Both the position numbers and the translations under genes were made by a program. Shown piece by piece: positions 58,623 through 64,000 of a stretch of 64,000 nt of DNA (the first letter of the stretch is position 1; the number at the start of each line of letters is the position of its first letter). The notes beneath the pieces were generated by a model, which saw only the letters and a program-made list of their open reading frames with translations, made no database searches and had not been told where the DNA came from. This stretch comes from the human T2T-CHM13v2.0 reference genome, Homo sapiens, in assembly GCF_009914755.1 (NCBI RefSeq), contig NC_060934.1; one strand, given 5' to 3'.

Positions 58623-59042
58623 CTAAAAAGGGAATGGGAACTGTTCAACCTCGTAATCTGAGGCTCTCAGGATTAGAATTTGTAATATCACAATTCAATT
58701 TATTTTTTATACTGGCATTTATATGTAACTTCATATTAAAATCATATTAAGAAGATAGAAGATAACAATAATAACAATAATATAGTAATACTGATAGAAC
58801 ATTTAAGAATTAGAATTTGCAGCTCAGACACTGTTAAGCACTTTACATTGCACGATCATGTTTAATGCTTTTACTGATCCCATTGAGTAGGTCCTATTAT
58901 TATTCCCAATCTAGAGATGAAGTGACCTAGGGCTGGAATGGTTGAGAAATTTGCCATAGATCAAAAATCTGTAAAGAACATAAATAGGATTCACACTCAG
59001 TCAGTTTGAACCCAATAGCCCATATTCTTAACAAGTATCATC

Positions 59043-59363
<321 letters not shown>

Positions 59364-61015
59364 TCATCATGAAACTATTTTCTTTGCACTTATTATGTGC
59401 CAGGCTCCATGCTACATATTTATTCCAGAAAAGTAAATTTTCATATTTTACTTTTTAAAAATAGTATATTGCAGTTTAAGGATATTTATAATGGCTTGAT
59501 AGTTCAAATCCATTGCTGAATCACCGGAATGAGTGAGTCATCCTTTTCATGCATTAATACAATTATGAGAAAAGTAGAATTTTTTTAGGGTATTTAAATT
59601 ACAAAGTATGCTGGTTTATACATCTATGTAACACTGTGAATAATTCACCTTTTTAGCACTGATCACACTAAACACAGAGGGTTGCCAAGTTATGGTAGCC
59701 TAATCAATTGGTACTGTTCTCATCTGGTTCTGATTTCAATCTTTAATAAACTGAGCATTTTTAAATGTAAATGTCATTGGGAAATGTCATGTGAAAAATC
59801 AGGAAAAAAATAGTCTGAAAAGGTTGATCATATGTTTAAAATGGTCAGTATTAAATTACATTATAATCTCATCAGGATGCCAATAGGACCAAGCTCAGAG
59901 GCATCACTGATTGCATGGATATGATTGCTATAAAAACCCATCTAATAAAACAATTCTTCCAAATAGCCAAATGGCTCTGCCTTAGAGTTGTAAGAAAATA
60001 TTTTCTTTGGGACCTCAGTTGTCCCTTCTTAACATTTTTTAAAGTTAACCCCTTCATTCCCAAAAGGAAAAAAAACTTTGCATGCAAATATTAATGTTTC
60101 ATGTTAATGTAATGGCAACTAAAATAGTATCTTTTGGGACTGCTAAGAGAGTATCTCTTTGCTAACTACTGAGAAGTAATAACAGTAGACAAATGTAACC
60201 CTTTCCTTCTCTCATTAAACGTGGCATATACTGTAAAAGTTAAAAACGCTACAGAAAACACACTGACAGAATTAAAAACAGCAGGGTGACCTCATGTACT
60301 GCATTAGTACCCATTAACTATAAATTTGTGATTTTTGCCTATTTCTTTGTACAGATTCTAACAAAGTGTCACATCATTAGATACTTAAAAATGCTCTTGG
60401 TGTTTTGAAAGTTCTATATTTTCACACAGAACAAATAAATAAACAACTTTCCTATTCTTGCCAACCAAGTTTATCTGTCAACATGATGAAAATCAATTCA
60501 ACAGATATTTATTGAACACATAAGATAGCAGAGAATGGGGAAAATCAAATTACACATTGGAGGCTAGTTTCCTCAGCCTTCATCCCACAAGAACATGTCT
60601 GTGGTTTAGAAAGATACAGGATTTTTTTCCCCCAGGGTATTGAAGAGTAATTTAGAGTTTCCTGGTGGAATTTTGTAAACTGCAAAACTGTGATTGTTAA
60701 AAATTTTAAGTTCCAGGATACATGTGCAGGACGTGCAGTTTTGTTACATAGGTAAATATAGCCATGGTGGTTTGCTGCACCTATCAACCCATTACCTAGG
60801 AATTAAGCCCTGCATGCAATAGCTAAAACTGTAATTTTTAATCTTCAAAAAGAGCATCCTAATTTTAAAATAATCATTGTAAAGGGTTAAGTGAAATAAA
60901 GCACTAATTATGCTTCCATGCATGTTATACATTATTACAAAGAGAGAAAATATTAAATGGCGTTCAGGGAACACGAAGCAGTGAGAAATACAGCCATGCT
61001 TTAACTCATTAATAC

Positions 61016-61345
61016 TAGGGGTCAATAACTTCCCGAAAGGATCAGAGAGTAAATATTTAAGGCATAGAGGGTGTACAATCTCTGTCCCAAATACTCAACT
61101 CTGCCCTTGAAGCATGAAACCAGCTAGAGATAATCCATAAAAAAATGAGCATGGCTGTGTTATAATAAAATTTTATTTATGCACGCTGAAATGTAAATTG
61201 CACATAATTTTCACGTATTATGAATATTCTTCTTTTGATTTTTTTCATTCATTTAAAAATGTAAAAACCAATTGTAGCTTGTTAATCATACACAAACCAG
61301 CAGTAGGCCAGATTTGGCCCATAGGCATTTGTGGACCAACCCCTG
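61016..61345. mobile_element. MER58B-like hAT-Charlie element
   Basis: aggggtcaataact...gtggaccaacccctg; caaatactcaactctgcc. Confidence 0.75.
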
Positions 61346-61838
61346 TTCACTACAGAGGAAGATCGCTTCCCCCAAACCTTCATTTCATGCCCACATTCCT
61401 TTCTTTCAACTAGGTCACAATATTTCAAGTGTTTTGATGCGGGGTTTCTTTTTAATTTTTAAAAAACTCTGCTGTGACTTTTGTTTAGCTTATCATATCT
61501 TTGACTGAAGGTGGGTTCATACTTCTCCCTAATTTCCCTTCACCTAGCTCCCTGTGAGTTGAAACTGAAAACTCCTTTAAATCTTGACTGCCCATAGTTG
61601 CTTCATTTTTTATTTAGTGTGCTATGGACCAGGCCCCTATGCCCTCCTCTCAAGACTGAGTGAAAAGCAAGATCATCTGTCACAGCATGCAACTCCCAAC
61701 ACCTTCAACACAAATACATTTGGACATTAGGGAAACCTAGGTCAGAATTATAACTGCTAACACTTGAGAGCCCCTGTCATGTGCCTTACACATACATCCC
61801 TTTCATATGTCCAATAACCCAATGTGATGGGTACTATT

Positions 61839-62448
61839 TGTAAATCAAAAATAAAATTCTAAGCCACCCAGCCAGCTGATGGACCCTCCCCTTGGCCAAG
61901 GGTATTCTGAAGTAAACCTGAAAAACTAGTTCAGGCCGTGATAAGGTCAGGGGGATGGGGGCTGGATATGCCTCATTATACTCTCCCCTCTTTGGAATTC
62001 AAACACAGCTGACCAGTATTAACATTAAAACAGGCACCTTAAGACTGATAGAACAGACTCTTTAAGTCTGATAAGAAATATTCCCTTCTATTGATTCTAT
62101 CTGCATAATGGGAACCTTGGTCTCCACAACCCCTTGTCTTAACCCAGACATTCCCTTGTATTGATTCTAGATCTTCAGACAATAACTTAACCCTTTCAAT
62201 TTACTGCCACTTAAAAAATTCTTGAATCCACCTACAACCTGGAAGCCCCTGTTTCCAGTTGTCCTGCCTTTCCAGACCAAGCCAATGTACAACTTACATA
62301 TATTGATTGATGTCTTATGTCTCCCTAAAATGTATAAAATCAAGTTTAGCCTGACCACCTGAGACAGACTCTCATGGGACTCTGTCACAGCCATTTGTTA
62401 CTCATAAAAATTCAAATATTTTAAAGAATTTGACTCTTTTCATCAACG
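61839..62448 (+). mobile_element. MER4-family ERV1 solo LTR inserted in a MIR
   Basis: tgtaaatcaaaaataaaattctaagcc...tttgactcttttcatcaac. Confidence 0.8.
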
Positions 62449-63412
62449 TACTATTATCCCCAGTTTACAGTTCCAAAACGGAGGCACAGGACAGTTAAGT
62501 AACTTGTCTAACACCAGATAGCTAGTGAGTGACAGAAGAGGATTCAAAACTAGACAGTGTGGATCCAGGCTTGTGCTTCTAACTCGATGTCATACTGCCT
62601 CTACAGCAAATATAGTACAGGTGAGACCCACTGTCCTTGAAGCTGCCATGCCTACTCTTACAGTCCTTCCCACACTTGTGGAAGATCCTCACAGGTTCTG
62701 CAAACTGCATTCCAACTACTCTGGATTCCCCATCTTCTGTTTTTGCATCCCTTCTCCCATCACTGCCTTAGCCATGTCCTCTGACTCTGGCCTTGTCTCC
62801 ACCTAGACCACAATTCACACTTCTCACCGGGCAGTGCTTTTTAAAATATGTTGGGGAAATATACAGCTGGATTCAATTCAACCATGAATCACTTTGTTGC
62901 CACTGGGTTGGCCTCAGGAATAAAATATTAGTTTGGATCCTGTTGCCAGAATAACTACTGACGTTCTTCAGGCTATCTAAAAGCCTGACCTTCCAGGGTT
63001 ACCCACCTACCAGCAAGAAGCATATGTAAATTTACAACTTTTGATAACTTGGCAACTGTATGTCCTAAAAAACTCAGGAAATGTTGGCCACATAAATTTT
63101 GATAAGAACTGTACATAACTTTAAAAAATTCATCTGAAAACTGAAAAACCACTTTTATATGTCCAGAATGCTTTTATATTTAAAAATTATATTTTATATT
63201 TTCCCCCTCAGTGATCATCTCTTGATTACTAAAGGAATAACAAGAGTAAACAGCTTGTCATTTGGATATGCACGTAGGTCAGTGAGAGGTATTGAGAAAC
63301 CAGTACTTTAGAAAAATTGTAAGTTCCACACTACAAGGAGGTGGAGACATGATCAGCATCAGTCTTTCTGACAGTGGCCTTAGGGATGTTAATTTTCGTT
63401 CCTTTTCTCCTA

Positions 63413-64000
63413 TCTTTAAAGAAACAAAGATCAAAAAAGACAAAGAAGGGCATTATATAATGGTAAAGGGATCAATGCTAACAATCCTAAATATATATGC
63501 ACCCAATACAGGAGCACCCATATTCATAAAGCAAGTTCTTAGAGACCTATAAGGAGACTTAGACTCCCACACAATAATAGTGGGAGGTTTTAACATCCCT
63601 CTGTCAATACTGGACAGATCAATGAGACAGAAAATTAACAAGGATATTCAGGACTTGAACTCAGCTCTGGACCAAGCACACCTAATAGACATCAACAGAA
63701 CTCTACACCCCAAATCAACAGAATATACATTCTTCTCAGCATCACACAGCACTTATTCTGAAATAGACCACATAATTGGAAGTAAAACACTCCTCAGCAA
63801 ATGGAAAAGAACGGAAATCATAACAAACAGTCTCTCAGACCACAGTGCAATCAAATTAGAGCTCAGAATTAAGAAAGTCACTGAAAACCACACAACTACA
63901 TAGAAACTGAACAACCTGCTTCTGAATGACTACTGAGTAAATAACAAAATTAAGGCAGAAATAAATAAGTTCTTTGAAACCAAAGAGAACAAAGACACAA
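63413..64000 (+). mobile_element. 5'-truncated L1PA, ORF2 endonuclease region, continuing past the window edge
   Basis: KDKEGHYIMVKGS...NIYAPNTGAP and SLSDHSAIKLEL motifs; in-frame stops. Confidence 0.93.

Noticed and set aside
63292-63903. ORFs with endonuclease motifs
   Set aside because: L1 ORF2 remnant with stops, truncated at the 5' end.

Overview
Primate (human or great-ape-like) genomic DNA, AT-rich and dense in interspersed repeats. The only protein-coding gene I can support is the 3' end of SLC16A9 (monocarboxylate transporter MCT9) on the minus strand: a 915-bp internal exon (57708-58622), the final coding segment (56795-56973) and a ~2-kb 3' UTR ending near 54785. Upstream exons lie beyond the right edge. 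Positions 1-54.7 kb are intergenic and contain about 20 Alus, L1/L2/MIR relics, MaLR LTRs, ERV solo LTRs (MER57, MER41B, MER39, MER11) and hAT DNA transposons. Almost all short ORFs in the track are repeat-derived or chance. I found no new gene system. The most unusual structure is a set of local inverted duplications that resemble replication template-switch scars: an ungapped 180-bp pair (14497-14676 / 16308-16487, 4 mismatches), an ungapped 331-bp pair (45825-46155 / 49929-50259, about 15 mismatches) that replaces part of an Alu and L1, and a 13-bp hairpin inside an Alu between the arms of the second pair. Also notable: a target site used three times by retrotransposons, divergent CTCF-like motifs bracketing a MER41B that keeps one intact GAS site, and a MER11 LTR downstream of SLC16A9. 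Repeat subfamily names come from recalled consensus sequences and need RepeatMasker/Dfam confirmation.
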